In this document: positions 8,416 to 17,990 of the stretch, piece by piece | Position numbering within the stretch: the first letter of the stretch is position 1 | How the letters are laid out: every line of letters begins with the position of its first letter | Source of the DNA: Candidatus Cloacimonadota bacterium | GTDB taxonomy: Bacteria > Cloacimonadota > Cloacimonadia > JGIOTU-2 | Length of the DNA stretch: 64,000 nucleotides | Direction of reading: 5' to 3' | Assembly (NCBI GenBank): GCA_049903315.1 | Contig: JBNGBT010000009.1 | Location: 51,924-115,923 of the forward strand | Notes under the pieces: generated by a model | What the model saw: the letters and a program-made list of their open reading frames with translations, nothing else | Told to the model about the DNA's origin: nothing | Databases searched by the model: none | Made by a program: the position numbers and the translations under genes

Positions 8416-9794
8416 TGGCTATTCAAAAAAGAATTCCTATGCGCGAGCAGGATCCCAAAACCAGGATCACAAACTTCCTTTCGGTTCCTCTTGGCTATTC
8501 CGCAGAGGAAGCAGTTGAAGAGGCAAAAAGATGCCTACAATGCAAAGTGCCTTTGTGCGAAACAGGATGTCCTGTGCGCATGAGCGTAAAAGATATCATA
8601 AAATTAATCGTTGATGAAGATTTCGAAGAAGCGTTTTTCCTTTCAAAGCAGGACAATGCTGTCCCCGCAATGACCGGTAGGGTATGCCCACAAGAAGACC
8701 AATGTGAAGGGAAGTGCGTGTTAGACAAAACAGGTCAACCGATCAATATTGGAAAATTATTTGCCTTTGTCGCTGACTGGGCGCGTGAAAATAATCTCCT
8801 GGAAGATACAGTACCAAAAGAGAACGGCAAAAAGGTCGCAATTGTGGGTTCGGGTCCAGCCAGTATTACCTGCGCGGTCGATCTCCGCAAACTTGGTTAT
8901 CAGGTCACAATATTTGAAGCGCTGCACATGGCTGGCGGCGTTCTCCAATACGGAATTCCTGCATTCAGGTTACCCCGCGATGTCGTTGATTATGAACTGT
9001 CCTATCTTGAAAAAATCGGCGTAGACATCCAGCTCAATCAAGTAGTTGGTCAGAATGTGGACTTCGAAGAACTCAAAAAGGAATATGATGCGATCTACCT
9101 CGCAACAGGAGCGGGCGCGCCAAGATTCCTCAACTGTGAAGGGGAAAAACTGAAGGGCGTGTATTCTGCAAATGAATTCCTGATCAGGGTAAATTTGATG
9201 AATGCATATCAATTCCCAGACTGGGATACTCCGATAATTTGCGGCAATAAAGTCGGTGTGATCGGATGCGGAAATGTCGCAATGGATTCAGCTCGCTGCG
9301 CAAAACGCCTCGGTGCAAAAGAAGTGTATATACTTTATAGGCGCACAAAACAGTGTGCTCCGGCACGTGCCGAAGAAATCAACCATGCAGAAGAAGAAGG
9401 GATTATTTTCAAAGAAATGATCTCCCCGTGCCGTATCTTCGGTGATGAGGACGGCTGGGTAACAGGCATTGAAATGATAAAGACCGAATTCAAGGGTACC
9501 GACAAAAGCGGTCGCCCAAGACCGGTAAACATCGAAGGCTCCGAGTTCATCATGGAAGTGGACACCATCATAAATGCTCTTGGTACAACCCCGAATAGAC
9601 TCTTTCTGAGTAATGTCCCCGAGTTGGACACCCACTCATGGGGCGGGATCAAGGTCGATGATAATTTCATGACGAATATTCCCGGTGTGTTTGCAGGTGG
9701 AGATGCACTTTCCGGTGGATCAACAGTTATCGATGCAATGGGAAATGGAAGGGACGCAGCTGAACGTATTAATAGATTTTTAAAAAATCACTAA
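8415..9794 (+). CDS. nfnB: NfnB/SudA-like (GltD/homotetrameric GltA-like) FAD and 2x[4Fe-4S] NADPH oxidoreductase large subunit
   Basis: RCLQC..PLC..GCPV, GRVCPQEDQCEGKC, GSGPA, YGIPAFRLP, GNVAMD, YRR and GVFAGGD; stop/start overlap (TAATG) with nfnA. Confidence 0.85.
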   Translation: MAIQKRIPMREQDPKTRITNFLSVPLGYSAEEAVEEAKRCLQCKVPLCETGCPVRMSVKDIIKLIVDEDFEEAFFLSKQDNAVPAMTGRVCPQEDQCEGKCVLDKTGQPINIGKLFAFVADWARENNLLEDTVPKENGKKVAIVGSGPASITCAVDLRKLGYQVTIFEALHMAGGVLQYGIPAFRLPRDVVDYELSYLEKIGVDIQLNQVVGQNVDFEELKKEYDAIYLATGAGAPRFLNCEGEKLKGVYSANEFLIRVNLMNAYQFPDWDTPIICGNKVGVIGCGNVAMDSARCAKRLGAKEVYILYRRTKQCAPARAEEINHAEEEGIIFKEMISPCRIFGDEDGWVTGIEMIKTEFKGTDKSGRPRPVNIEGSEFIMEVDTIINALGTTPNRLFLSNVPELDTHSWGGIKVDDNFMTNIPGVFAGGDALSGGSTVIDAMGNGRDAAERINRFLKNH

Positions 9795-9816
9795 AATTAA
9801 TATAAAGGAAGTCCTT

Positions 9817-10194
9817 ATGCAAAAAATATTAAAAGCAATGGATATTATGGAAAAAAATGTAATAACTATTGGGCCTGAGGTAACTTTAGATAAAGCAATT
9901 CAAAGATTACTAGAAAACAAAATTAGCGGTATGCCTGTTGTCGACGACAATGGAAAGATATTAGGTGTTATTTCCGAAAAGGATATTCTGAATTTTGTGT
10001 TCTGTGGCTATCTCCATAATACAAAAGTTAGTGAGGTTATGACAGAAAATTTTGTTCATTTTGCCCCGGAGACAAGAATAGAAAAAATTGCTGTTGCAAT
10101 TTCTAAATATCAGTTTCGTAGAGTGCCAATAGTTAAGGACGGCACAGTAGTAGGAATTGTTTCGCGAAGAGATATTATTCGTCACGTACTTTAG
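9817..10194 (+). CDS. CBS domain pair protein
   Basis: DIMEKNVITI...ISGMPVVDDNGKILGVISEKD...VMT...RRVPIVKDGTVVGIVSRRD. Confidence 0.9.
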   Translation: MQKILKAMDIMEKNVITIGPEVTLDKAIQRLLENKISGMPVVDDNGKILGVISEKDILNFVFCGYLHNTKVSEVMTENFVHFAPETRIEKIAVAISKYQFRRVPIVKDGTVVGIVSRRDIIRHVL

Positions 10195-10240
10195 ACTACA
10201 TAAATATCTGAACTCATAAATTCTCTCTCGCTCAAGCATA

Positions 10241-10274
10241 AAGAACCGCCTGCAATTTTTCGGGCGGTTTTTTT
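10241..10274 (+). terminator. Rho-independent terminator of arsR-nfnAB-CBS
   Basis: AACCGCCTG/CGGGCGGTT stem followed by a T-run. Confidence 0.85.
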
Positions 10275-10421
10275 ATCTCAAAAATCCACACTTACAACGA
10301 CATCCTGTTAACAATATGTCCTGCCGATACGGATGATACGCATTTTATTGACATAAATCACATATCAAAATTTGTTAAAATATATACAATAAGGAAAAAT
10401 AATTTACATAAAGGAAGTTAT

Positions 10422-11939
10422 ATGAAAAAGACAATCGTTGTATTTTTTTCACTTGCAACCATGCTCATCCTTGTATGCAATTCTCTTCATGCAATAGAAT
10501 TATTAAAAGGCAAAACCCTGTACATGCAGGCACAATCCAGTGAAAAGAATGCAGATTACCTCAAAGCTCAAAACCTTTACAGGCAAGCGCGTAAAGAGCT
10601 TCTTAAGGAAAATGATATCGCTCTTGCAGATCTGTGCCGCCAGGGATTCACGCGGATGATGAAAATAACTCTTACCTATACTCATACTGCAGAGGATGTC
10701 CGAAAGATCATCAAAGAAAAATACCCGGAAACAACTGACCGGCGCATAGACGAAGTGCTCAAAGACGGTCGTCTTGCTCATCTTAAAATTGGTGGGGAAA
10801 CCTATTATTTTGACCAATTTTTGAATACACTCTATCATATCTATCCTGATTTTATGACAGAAGAAGCAAAGGGTGCCTTGGGAAAGATGGGAACGATCTT
10901 CGAGATCATGTCTCCCTACATTTATGAACATAAATATCTTCCTTCATGGCAGACAATCTCGAGTCCAATTACATTTGAGTTCGACGCGCATCTTTCTATC
11001 CCAAGAGATTCATTCCCTGATGAAGGAATGTTGCGTGCCTGGATGCCGCTCCCGCTTTCAAATTCGTCCCAGACAGATATTGTGATAGAGTCGGTCTGTT
11101 CCGAAGAGTACATTCCATATCCCGCTCAGCTTGATGGAGATATCGGGTATGTGTATTATGAATTCCCGCTTGAGCAAGTACAGGACAGTATAAGGATCGG
11201 TGCAAAATTTTCATACACTGCGTATGAGGTCCGGTTCGACGTAGACCCCGGGAAGGTTGGCGAGTATGATAAGAACTCCCCACTCTATAAACGCTATACT
11301 GCTTCAGACAAAAACATTGCCATCACACCGGAAATCCGAGAGACTGCGCTGAGAATAGCAGGAGATGAAACCAATCCTTATTTGATCGCGAAGAAATTCT
11401 ATGATCATATTGTGTACGATCTGGATTACAGCTATATGCCGCATGTTGCCCTGGAAGCACTGAAAATTCCAGAATCTGTCTATGTGCACGAACATGGTTA
11501 CGGTGATTGCGGCGCACAAAGCATGTACTTTTCTGCACTTTGTCGTTCGGTTGGTATTCCTGCACGTGCGTCGGGCGGGATGCAGCTTTTTCCGCTGAGT
11601 GCAGCACATTGCGGCGACCACTTCTGGGCGCATATGTACATCCCGAATTACGGATGGATACCAGTTGACACTTCGGTTGGTCAGGCAGCCAAATATATTA
11701 TTACCATTTCTAAAGAACAGCAAACAGACTTTATCGAATACTTCTTTAGCAAGATCGATCCGTTCCGCTACCTTATTCAAGTGGATGTTGATGTCCCTCT
11801 GGAACCTGCTCCTGAAGAACCTTTATTATTCGGAATGGTGCTCCAGGCGCCCACAGCAGAATGCATGGAAATGGATGAAAACCCCGGATTGCTGTTTATG
11901 GAAAACTGGAAAATACGCAGTAAGGAAATATCCAAATAA
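10422..11939 (+). CDS. Secreted transglutaminase-like domain protein
   Basis: Signal peptide; YGDCGAQSMYFSALCRSVGIPAR, HFWA and GWIPVD (Cys-His-Asp triad). Confidence 0.9.
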   Translation: MKKTIVVFFSLATMLILVCNSLHAIELLKGKTLYMQAQSSEKNADYLKAQNLYRQARKELLKENDIALADLCRQGFTRMMKITLTYTHTAEDVRKIIKEKYPETTDRRIDEVLKDGRLAHLKIGGETYYFDQFLNTLYHIYPDFMTEEAKGALGKMGTIFEIMSPYIYEHKYLPSWQTISSPITFEFDAHLSIPRDSFPDEGMLRAWMPLPLSNSSQTDIVIESVCSEEYIPYPAQLDGDIGYVYYEFPLEQVQDSIRIGAKFSYTAYEVRFDVDPGKVGEYDKNSPLYKRYTASDKNIAITPEIRETALRIAGDETNPYLIAKKFYDHIVYDLDYSYMPHVALEALKIPESVYVHEHGYGDCGAQSMYFSALCRSVGIPARASGGMQLFPLSAAHCGDHFWAHMYIPNYGWIPVDTSVGQAAKYIITISKEQQTDFIEYFFSKIDPFRYLIQVDVDVPLEPAPEEPLLFGMVLQAPTAECMEMDENPGLLFMENWKIRSKEISK

Positions 11940-11969
11940 TATAATCGTACTTTTGTCGAGGAAAGGAGA

Positions 11970-12635
11970 ATGATGAAAATTGTAACAGTACTTTTGATGA
12001 TAATCGTGTTGTTCTGTTCCGTTATATACGGACATGCACAGAAGGATAAGATCCCATCACATTATTTGATTGTCATGTATGGAAAGAGCCAACTTTATTT
12101 TGATTCTATCAATTCACATCAAAGCATATCGGTTGGATATAATCCCATGCATAAAAATAAAGGATTCGGTCTCAATGCATGGTATCTTCAGGATGATCAC
12201 ACTTCATATTATGGATTTAAAGAAAGTATGATCATAATCCAGCCATCTATTCATCTTCTCCATAAATCTCTCGTTGTAAAACTCGGCTGGAACGTATTTA
12301 TCCTCAGTGAAGGAGAGGAACCCGGACTGAAGACATGGCAGCCTGCGATCGAAATAAACTATGGGTTTATGGAAAATTTCTATCTCTCTTTTAATTTCAA
12401 ATCAGACATGTTTTTTGGTAGTGTAAATGCGAATATTCATTACGTGTTCAATGATAACATTTCAGGAATAATGCTCGGATATGCATATAAGGAAAACTGG
12501 GACGACGATTATAATGGACTTATATATAAGCTCGACTGCAAGGTTTTCAAAAAATTCCTACTGCGGGTTTGTGGCAATGTCGATTTTAAATTTTCGCCAC
12601 AAGGGATACAGGTTGGAGTTGGGATGCTTCTATAA
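11970..12635 (+). CDS. Hypothetical exported protein, probable outer-membrane beta-barrel
   Basis: AAGGAG RBS; signal peptide; alternating aromatic/polar strands ending GIQVGVGMLL. Confidence 0.6.
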   Translation: MMKIVTVLLMIIVLFCSVIYGHAQKDKIPSHYLIVMYGKSQLYFDSINSHQSISVGYNPMHKNKGFGLNAWYLQDDHTSYYGFKESMIIIQPSIHLLHKSLVVKLGWNVFILSEGEEPGLKTWQPAIEINYGFMENFYLSFNFKSDMFFGSVNANIHYVFNDNISGIMLGYAYKENWDDDYNGLIYKLDCKVFKKFLLRVCGNVDFKFSPQGIQVGVGMLL

Positions 12636-12660
12636 AAATGAAAAAGAAATAGAATAATCC

Positions 12661-12855
12661 GTCAACAAAAGTCATCCTTCTCATCACACATCGGCACACC
12701 AGCTTGCTGAGATTGCAAATAAGTGTAAACCGGAATTACTCATAACCTATCATACGCTTTACCGGGGTGCACATGATGGGGACATGCTTAATGAGATCAC
12801 ACAGAATTATAAAGGCAGGGTTGTAATTGGGCGGGATCTTCAAATTTTTCATTGA
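12661..12855 (+). pseudogene. Start-less C-terminal fragment of an RNase Z/AtsA-like MBL hydrolase
   Basis: Manual translation: VNKSHPSHHTSAHQLAEIANKCKPELLITYHTLYRGAHDGDMLNEITQNYKGRVVIGRDLQIFH*; in-frame TAA at 12655-12657 and no start codon before the motif. Confidence 0.7.
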
Positions 12856-12921
12856 CAATAAATTGTTGCAATCACGTTGTTTTTATTGATGCTATGCAAA
12901 TAAATCAAAGGAGAATGCATC

Positions 12922-13284
12922 ATGATAAAATTAATGACCGGGCTTCCGGACAATGTGCTGGGACTTATCGCAATTGGAGAACTTACTGCAGAGGATTACA
13001 AAACTGTTGTCATGCCTGCGGTTGAGGAAAAAGTTAACCTCTATAAAAAGATCCGGCTGATTTATGTCATTGGCAAAAAATATAAAGATTTCTCCATCGG
13101 TGCGATGTTTGATGACATGAAAACTGGCTTCAGCCACCTTGCTATATGGGATAAAGTTGCGGTTGTGACGGATATCAAATGGATTGCAAATGGAGTAAGA
13201 TTCTGGGGATTCACCGTGCATGGTGCTTTTAAGGTATTCAGCACAGACCAGGTAGAGCAGGCTCGAGAGTGGATATCAGAATAG
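12922..13284 (+). CDS. SpoIIAA-like STAS/SEC14 domain protein
   Basis: AAGGAG RBS; GELTAEDYK..V.PAVE, KIRL, WDKVAVVTDIKWI and F......AREWI. Confidence 0.85.
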   Translation: MIKLMTGLPDNVLGLIAIGELTAEDYKTVVMPAVEEKVNLYKKIRLIYVIGKKYKDFSIGAMFDDMKTGFSHLAIWDKVAVVTDIKWIANGVRFWGFTVHGAFKVFSTDQVEQAREWISE

Positions 13285-13294
13285 GAACTTCTCT

Positions 13295-14125
13295 ATGAAA
13301 CTTACCGTTCTTGTGGACAATAATACTTATATCGACCGCTACTTCCTTGGCGAGCCGGCACTTTCCTTCTTTATTGAAGATGGGGAAAAGAGAATTCTTT
13401 TTGATTGCGGATACAGTAATATATTTTTTGAGAATGCCCGAAAAATGGAAATTGATCTTCGCTTTCTTGATTATCTTGTGTTGTCACATTGCCATCTTGA
13501 CCATACATGGGGCGTTGAGACACTGATCCGTGAATATACAGAAGCCCGCCTTGAGAAGCTGGATTTTCACAAACCCCTCCTTGTTGCACACCCCGGTGTC
13601 TTTGTAAGCACTTATGTAGATGGAGTGGGTGAGATCGGCACACTACTTTCCGAAAACAAAACTAAGGCACATTTTTCATTACAGCTGAGCAAATATCCAA
13701 TTAATCTTACAGAAAACCTTATATTTCTTGGTGAAATACCGCGCGTATTCCCATTTGAAGCTATGGCTCCAATAGGTAGGAAAGCCGACGAAAAAGAATA
13801 TGATCTCGTTCCCGACGATACTGCGCTTGCTTTCAAATCAGAGAAAGGTTTGGTGATCATCACCGGCTGTTCGCATGCAGGAATTTGTAATATTACCGAG
13901 TACGCCAAAAAAGTCTGCAACGAGGATCGGATTGTTTCCATTATCGGTGGATTGCATCTGCTAGATCCGACCAAAGAACAGCTTGCCGGAACTTTGGAAT
14001 ATATTAATAAGCTTAACTTGAATGCTCTTTATGCCTGTCATTGTACTGATTTTGCTTCGAAATGCGCACTGGCAAAGGTTACTCCGGTAGAAGAAGTTGG
14101 AGCCGGGTTGTGTGTGGCGTTTTGA
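13295..14125 (+). CDS. MBL-fold metallo-hydrolase (COG1237-like)
   Basis: LTVLVDN, ILFDCG, SHCHLDH, PDDTALA, ITGCSHAGI, IGGLHL and CHCT. Confidence 0.9.
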   Translation: MKLTVLVDNNTYIDRYFLGEPALSFFIEDGEKRILFDCGYSNIFFENARKMEIDLRFLDYLVLSHCHLDHTWGVETLIREYTEARLEKLDFHKPLLVAHPGVFVSTYVDGVGEIGTLLSENKTKAHFSLQLSKYPINLTENLIFLGEIPRVFPFEAMAPIGRKADEKEYDLVPDDTALAFKSEKGLVIITGCSHAGICNITEYAKKVCNEDRIVSIIGGLHLLDPTKEQLAGTLEYINKLNLNALYACHCTDFASKCALAKVTPVEEVGAGLCVAF

Positions 14126-14153
14126 GGAATATTTTCACAGAAAAGGATATCTA

Positions 14154-14792
14154 TTGAAATATAAACTGGTCATCTTCGATTTCGACGGCACCCTTGCCGA
14201 TACTTTTCCCTGGTTTGTAAAGAACATCAGGGCTGTCGCGGATAAATACGGCTTTAAACATATAAAGGATGAGGAGGTAGAGGAGTTAAGAAATTTTGAT
14301 GCGAAACATATGTTAAAATTCGTAGAATTTCCCATACTTAAACTCCCGCTGATCGCTACATATATGCGCGGACTTATGAAAACAGAGATAGATGAGATCA
14401 AGCTTTTTGATGGTGTGCCGGAAATGCTGCACCAGCTTTATGATGCGGGTCTTACCCTCGCAGTAGTAAGTACAAACTCCCGGGAAAACGTGAAAGCTGT
14501 ACTCGGTGCTGATTTGAGTGCATTGATCACAGATTATGAATGCGGTGTGTCGCTTTTCAGCAAGGAAGCCAAGCTGAAGAAAATATCCCACAAGTGTAAA
14601 ATTTCCCTGTCAGAAGCCATTTACATTGCTGATGAACTACGAGATTTCGATTCTGCCCGGAACGTTAAGCTTGATATTGGGGCTGTTGCCTGGGGATATA
14701 CGAATCCTGAAGCATTGAAAAAATTGCAGCCAACATTGTTTTTTGAGAATGTGAGGGAGATTGAAAAGAAATTAAAAATGCTCGCAAAATAA
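14154..14792 (+). CDS. HAD-family hydrolase (phosphoglycolate phosphatase-like)
   Basis: VIFDFDGTLADT, VVSTN, DELRD and AVAWGY; TTG 14154 follows AAGGA. Confidence 0.85.
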   Translation: MKYKLVIFDFDGTLADTFPWFVKNIRAVADKYGFKHIKDEEVEELRNFDAKHMLKFVEFPILKLPLIATYMRGLMKTEIDEIKLFDGVPEMLHQLYDAGLTLAVVSTNSRENVKAVLGADLSALITDYECGVSLFSKEAKLKKISHKCKISLSEAIYIADELRDFDSARNVKLDIGAVAWGYTNPEALKKLQPTLFFENVREIEKKLKMLAK

Positions 14793-14928
14793 TTATCTCA
14801 TTCTCGGATATAATAAGTCTTTGAGGGAGGTTATAAAAATTTTTATAATAATGTTGACAATAAAATATAAAATTAGCATTAATTATTTAAATATGTTTTT
14901 TCTAAATTAATAGTGTTGGAGAAATTAC

Positions 14929-15024
14929 TTGACGGAAAATTTTTTTAAATTAGTTTATTGTCATCATCCTAAGGTAATCATGTATTGCTTTAGCCCCGAA
15001 TTCGAAAGAGGATTCGGGTTTTTT
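14929..15024 (+). promoter_or_regulatory. Promoter and structured leader (two hairpins plus U-tract) upstream of the NYN gene
   Basis: TTGACG 14929 and TAGTTT 14951; hairpin AAGGTAAT/ATTGCTTT 14971-14991; hairpin CCCGAAT-TC-GAAA-GA-GG-ATTCGGG 14995-15018 followed by TTTTTT. Confidence 0.55.
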
Positions 15025-15031
15025 ATATCTT

Positions 15032-15679
15032 ATGTTTAACGCTGTTTTCTTTATTGATGGATTTAATTTCTATCATTCATTGATTGATGATGATCCATTA
15101 ATGCATGTACAACGTTATTCCCAATACAAGTGGTTAAACTATCGGAAGCTTTGTGAACTTTTTATTTCAAAATCAATTTGTATTAGGAAGATTTTATTTT
15201 TTACAGCCCTTACTGTTTGGAATCAAGATAAAGTTTTAAGACATAAACAATTAATAAAAGCACTTCAATCTATTGATATAGAAATCGTTTATGGTAAATT
15301 TAAGAGAAAAGATAGAACTTGTCGTATTTGTAAGAAAACATATAGAACACACGAGGAAAAACAGACAGACGTAAACATTGCAATTGAACTTCTATCATTA
15401 GCCTATCAAAATGTTTATGATATTGCATATATTATATCAGGTGATAGTGATTTGATTCCATCAATTCAAGCAGTCCAAAAGACTTTTCCAAATAAAAAGA
15501 TTAATATAATTTTTCCAATGAACAGAACATCCTTGGAGCTTAAGCAGATTGTTGATCGGAGCATGAAAATAAAAGAGACTCATCTAATATCAAGTCTATT
15601 TGAAAGAGAAATTGCTTTAAGAAATGGAGAAAAAATAACCTGTCCGGATAGTTGGGTTAATCCAAAGTATCACATATAG
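15032..15679 (+). CDS. NYN domain (LabA/DUF88, PIN-fold) putative ribonuclease
   Basis: FFIDGFNFYH, EEKQTDVNIA and ISGDSDLIP acidic PIN motifs; very AT-rich; CxxC insert. Confidence 0.9.
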   Translation: MFNAVFFIDGFNFYHSLIDDDPLMHVQRYSQYKWLNYRKLCELFISKSICIRKILFFTALTVWNQDKVLRHKQLIKALQSIDIEIVYGKFKRKDRTCRICKKTYRTHEEKQTDVNIAIELLSLAYQNVYDIAYIISGDSDLIPSIQAVQKTFPNKKINIIFPMNRTSLELKQIVDRSMKIKETHLISSLFEREIALRNGEKITCPDSWVNPKYHI

Positions 15680-15719
15680 TGTCTTTTTAAAATTATTAGA
15701 TATCTTATTGGAAAAATTT

Positions 15720-15752
15720 AAGCCCCAACATTCGCCGGGGCTTTTCTTTTTA
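15720..15752. terminator. Terminator between the convergent NYN and kbl genes
   Basis: AAGCCCC/GGGGCTT stem followed by a T-rich tail. Confidence 0.75.
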
Positions 15753-15767
15753 TCTAAGTAAGTGGTA

Positions 15768-16997
15768 TTAGTGTGTTTCTTTATACTTTTTCAAAACGCC
15801 GAGCACATAATCAATATCAGCTTCAGTATGGTCAGCGTTTACCTGGAATCGAATCTCTTCATCACCTTTTGGCACAACAGGGAAGTTCAATCCTGTTGCA
15901 AGTACGCCGTTTTCTGTCAGGTATTTCACAAGTTCTGCTGTTTTGGGTGTATCGCGTACCATGAGGGGAACAACCGGGTGAGGTCCTTTGATGGTTTCAT
16001 ACCCAAGATCGATCAAACCTTTCTCAAATTTTGCAGTCATTTCTGCGAGGTGTGCGAGTCGTAAAAGTCCTTCCGGCGAATCTATGATTTCCAGAACTTT
16101 CAGTACTGCGGCAGCTTCTGAATTTGTGATCGGGTTGGAGTATATGTACATCGGGGCTTTCTCTCTAAGATAATCAAGAATCGTTTTGGAGGTAACTACA
16201 TATCCGCCGTTCACGCCAAAAGCCTTACCCATGGTTCCGACCAGCACATCGACCTTTGTGTTCAAATATTCTTCGGTTCCTCGTCCAGTTTTACCGAGTG
16301 CGCCAACGCCGTGGGAATCATCAACGATACATATGATGCCTTCTTCGAACTTATCATCATATTTTTTGCACAATTCCACGATCTTATCAAGCGGGGCATT
16401 ATCTCCGCGCATGCTGAAAATTCCGTCAGTAATGACCATGCAGCGCTTTCCTTTACCAACAGCTTCCTGCAGTTGCACCTCAAAGTCTTCCATATTATTG
16501 TGCTTCCAGATCAGCTTTGCCGCCGGGCGGGACAGCCGGATCGCCTGAATGATACAGTTATGATTCAGTTCGTCGCTGACCACCACGGTTTCTTTCGTCA
16601 TGAGTGGATATATCACACCCATGCTTGTCACATATGCAGAGCTGAATATCATGCCTGCTTCTCTTCCATGGAATTCCGCAAGTTTCTTTTCCAGCTCGAT
16701 ATGCGGCGTATAGGTTCCGCTGATGAACCGAACCGCGCCGGGACCAACACCATATTTTTCTGCAGCTTTTTCCTCAGCTTTAATCACCTCGGGGTTGAGT
16801 GACATTCCAAGATAGGAATTTGAATTCATCTTGATGAACTTTTTTTCTCCAGCGCCTTTGATGCGAAAACGGGGACCGAATTTGCCTTCGGGTTTTATCA
16901 CATCCGTGATAACCATTTCAGCACCCTTGTCTCTGCCTGTTTCTCTTAACTCTTTCAGTTCCTTTTCAAGCGCAGTTTTTAATCTGTTTACTGGCAT
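15768..16997 (-). CDS. kbl: Glycine C-acetyltransferase (2-amino-3-ketobutyrate CoA ligase), PLP-dependent
   Basis: SNSYLG, GAVRFISGT, SDELNH, TDGIFSMRG, VDDSHG, GTMGKAFG, YIYSN, FPVVPKG and RFQV; adjacent to threonine dehydrogenase. Confidence 0.85.
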   Translation of the reverse strand: MPVNRLKTALEKELKELRETGRDKGAEMVITDVIKPEGKFGPRFRIKGAGEKKFIKMNSNSYLGMSLNPEVIKAEEKAAEKYGVGPGAVRFISGTYTPHIELEKKLAEFHGREAGMIFSSAYVTSMGVIYPLMTKETVVVSDELNHNCIIQAIRLSRPAAKLIWKHNNMEDFEVQLQEAVGKGKRCMVITDGIFSMRGDNAPLDKIVELCKKYDDKFEEGIICIVDDSHGVGALGKTGRGTEEYLNTKVDVLVGTMGKAFGVNGGYVVTSKTILDYLREKAPMYIYSNPITNSEAAAVLKVLEIIDSPEGLLRLAHLAEMTAKFEKGLIDLGYETIKGPHPVVPLMVRDTPKTAELVKYLTENGVLATGLNFPVVPKGDEEIRFQVNADHTEADIDYVLGVLKKYKETH

Positions 16998-17025
16998 TTA
17001 TTCCTCCAAATATATTTTCTGTTCA

Positions 17026-17976
17026 CTATTTTAATTTTTTCGATAAAACTTCAAGCATGTCTTTTGTCATCGCTTCAAGATCATAATCGGGTTTCCAGCC
17101 CCATTCTTCGCGGGCAGCAGAATCGTCCATGGAGTTGGGCCATGAATTGGCAATTGCCTGCCGTACAGGATCGACATCATACTCCAGCACAAATTCGGGA
17201 ATGACTTTCTTGATCGAAGCAGCAATCTTTTCCGGATCAAAGCTCATTGCGGTCACATTAAAGGCATTTCTGTGTTTCAGTTTTGCGGGATCGGCTTCCA
17301 TGAGGTCGATGGCGGCTTTGATCGCATCGGGCATATACATCATATCCAGGTATGTTCCTTTGCCGAGATTGCAAGTATATTTTTTATTCTTGATGGCTTC
17401 ATAATAGATCTCGACCGCATAGTCTGTTGTGCCGCCGCCGGGGAGTGTTTCGTTTGAGATAATTCCCGGATAGCGGACACCACGGGTATCCACGCCGAAT
17501 CTTTTAAAATAATAATCGCAAAGTAATTCTCCTGCAACTTTGGTAACGCCGTACATCGTACTTGGTCTTTGGATCGTATCCTGTGGTGTGTTGTCAAGAG
17601 GTGTAGATTCTCCGAATGCGCCGATTGAGCTGGGAGTAAATACCGCACAACCATATTCGCGAGCTACTTCCAGAACATTGTACAGGGCATTTATGTTCAC
17701 GTTCCATGCAAGATTCGGTTTTGCTTCCGCAACTGCGGACAGGATCGCTGCCAAATGATAAATTGTGTCGATATTGTATTTTTTTACAACATCTCTTACC
17801 TGCTCGATATTGGTGCAATCAACCATTTCACAAGGACCTGAGTTTTTAAGTGTTTCTCCAGGTTTTGTTCTGTGAAATCCGGCAACCACATTATCATTAC
17901 CATATCTCTTTCGTAATTCCATAGTGAGTTCAGAGCCAATTTGTCCTACAGCTCCAGTAACAAGGATTTTTTGCAT
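17026..17976 (-). CDS. tdh: SDR-type L-threonine 3-dehydrogenase
   Basis: TGAVGQIG, YHLAAILSA, PSSIGAFG, YGVTK, PGGGTTDYAV, MMYMPD and SWP; ATG 17976 follows GGAGG. Confidence 0.9.
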   Translation of the reverse strand: MQKILVTGAVGQIGSELTMELRKRYGNDNVVAGFHRTKPGETLKNSGPCEMVDCTNIEQVRDVVKKYNIDTIYHLAAILSAVAEAKPNLAWNVNINALYNVLEVAREYGCAVFTPSSIGAFGESTPLDNTPQDTIQRPSTMYGVTKVAGELLCDYYFKRFGVDTRGVRYPGIISNETLPGGGTTDYAVEIYYEAIKNKKYTCNLGKGTYLDMMYMPDAIKAAIDLMEADPAKLKHRNAFNVTAMSFDPEKIAASIKKVIPEFVLEYDVDPVRQAIANSWPNSMDDSAAREEWGWKPDYDLEAMTKDMLEVLSKKLK

Positions 17977-17990
17977 GTATTCCTCCGATT

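Noticed and set aside
8415..9794. Glutamate synthase small subunit (gltD)
   Set aside because: No gltB nearby; coupling to an NfnA/SudB-like gene indicates an Nfn/Sud-type complex.
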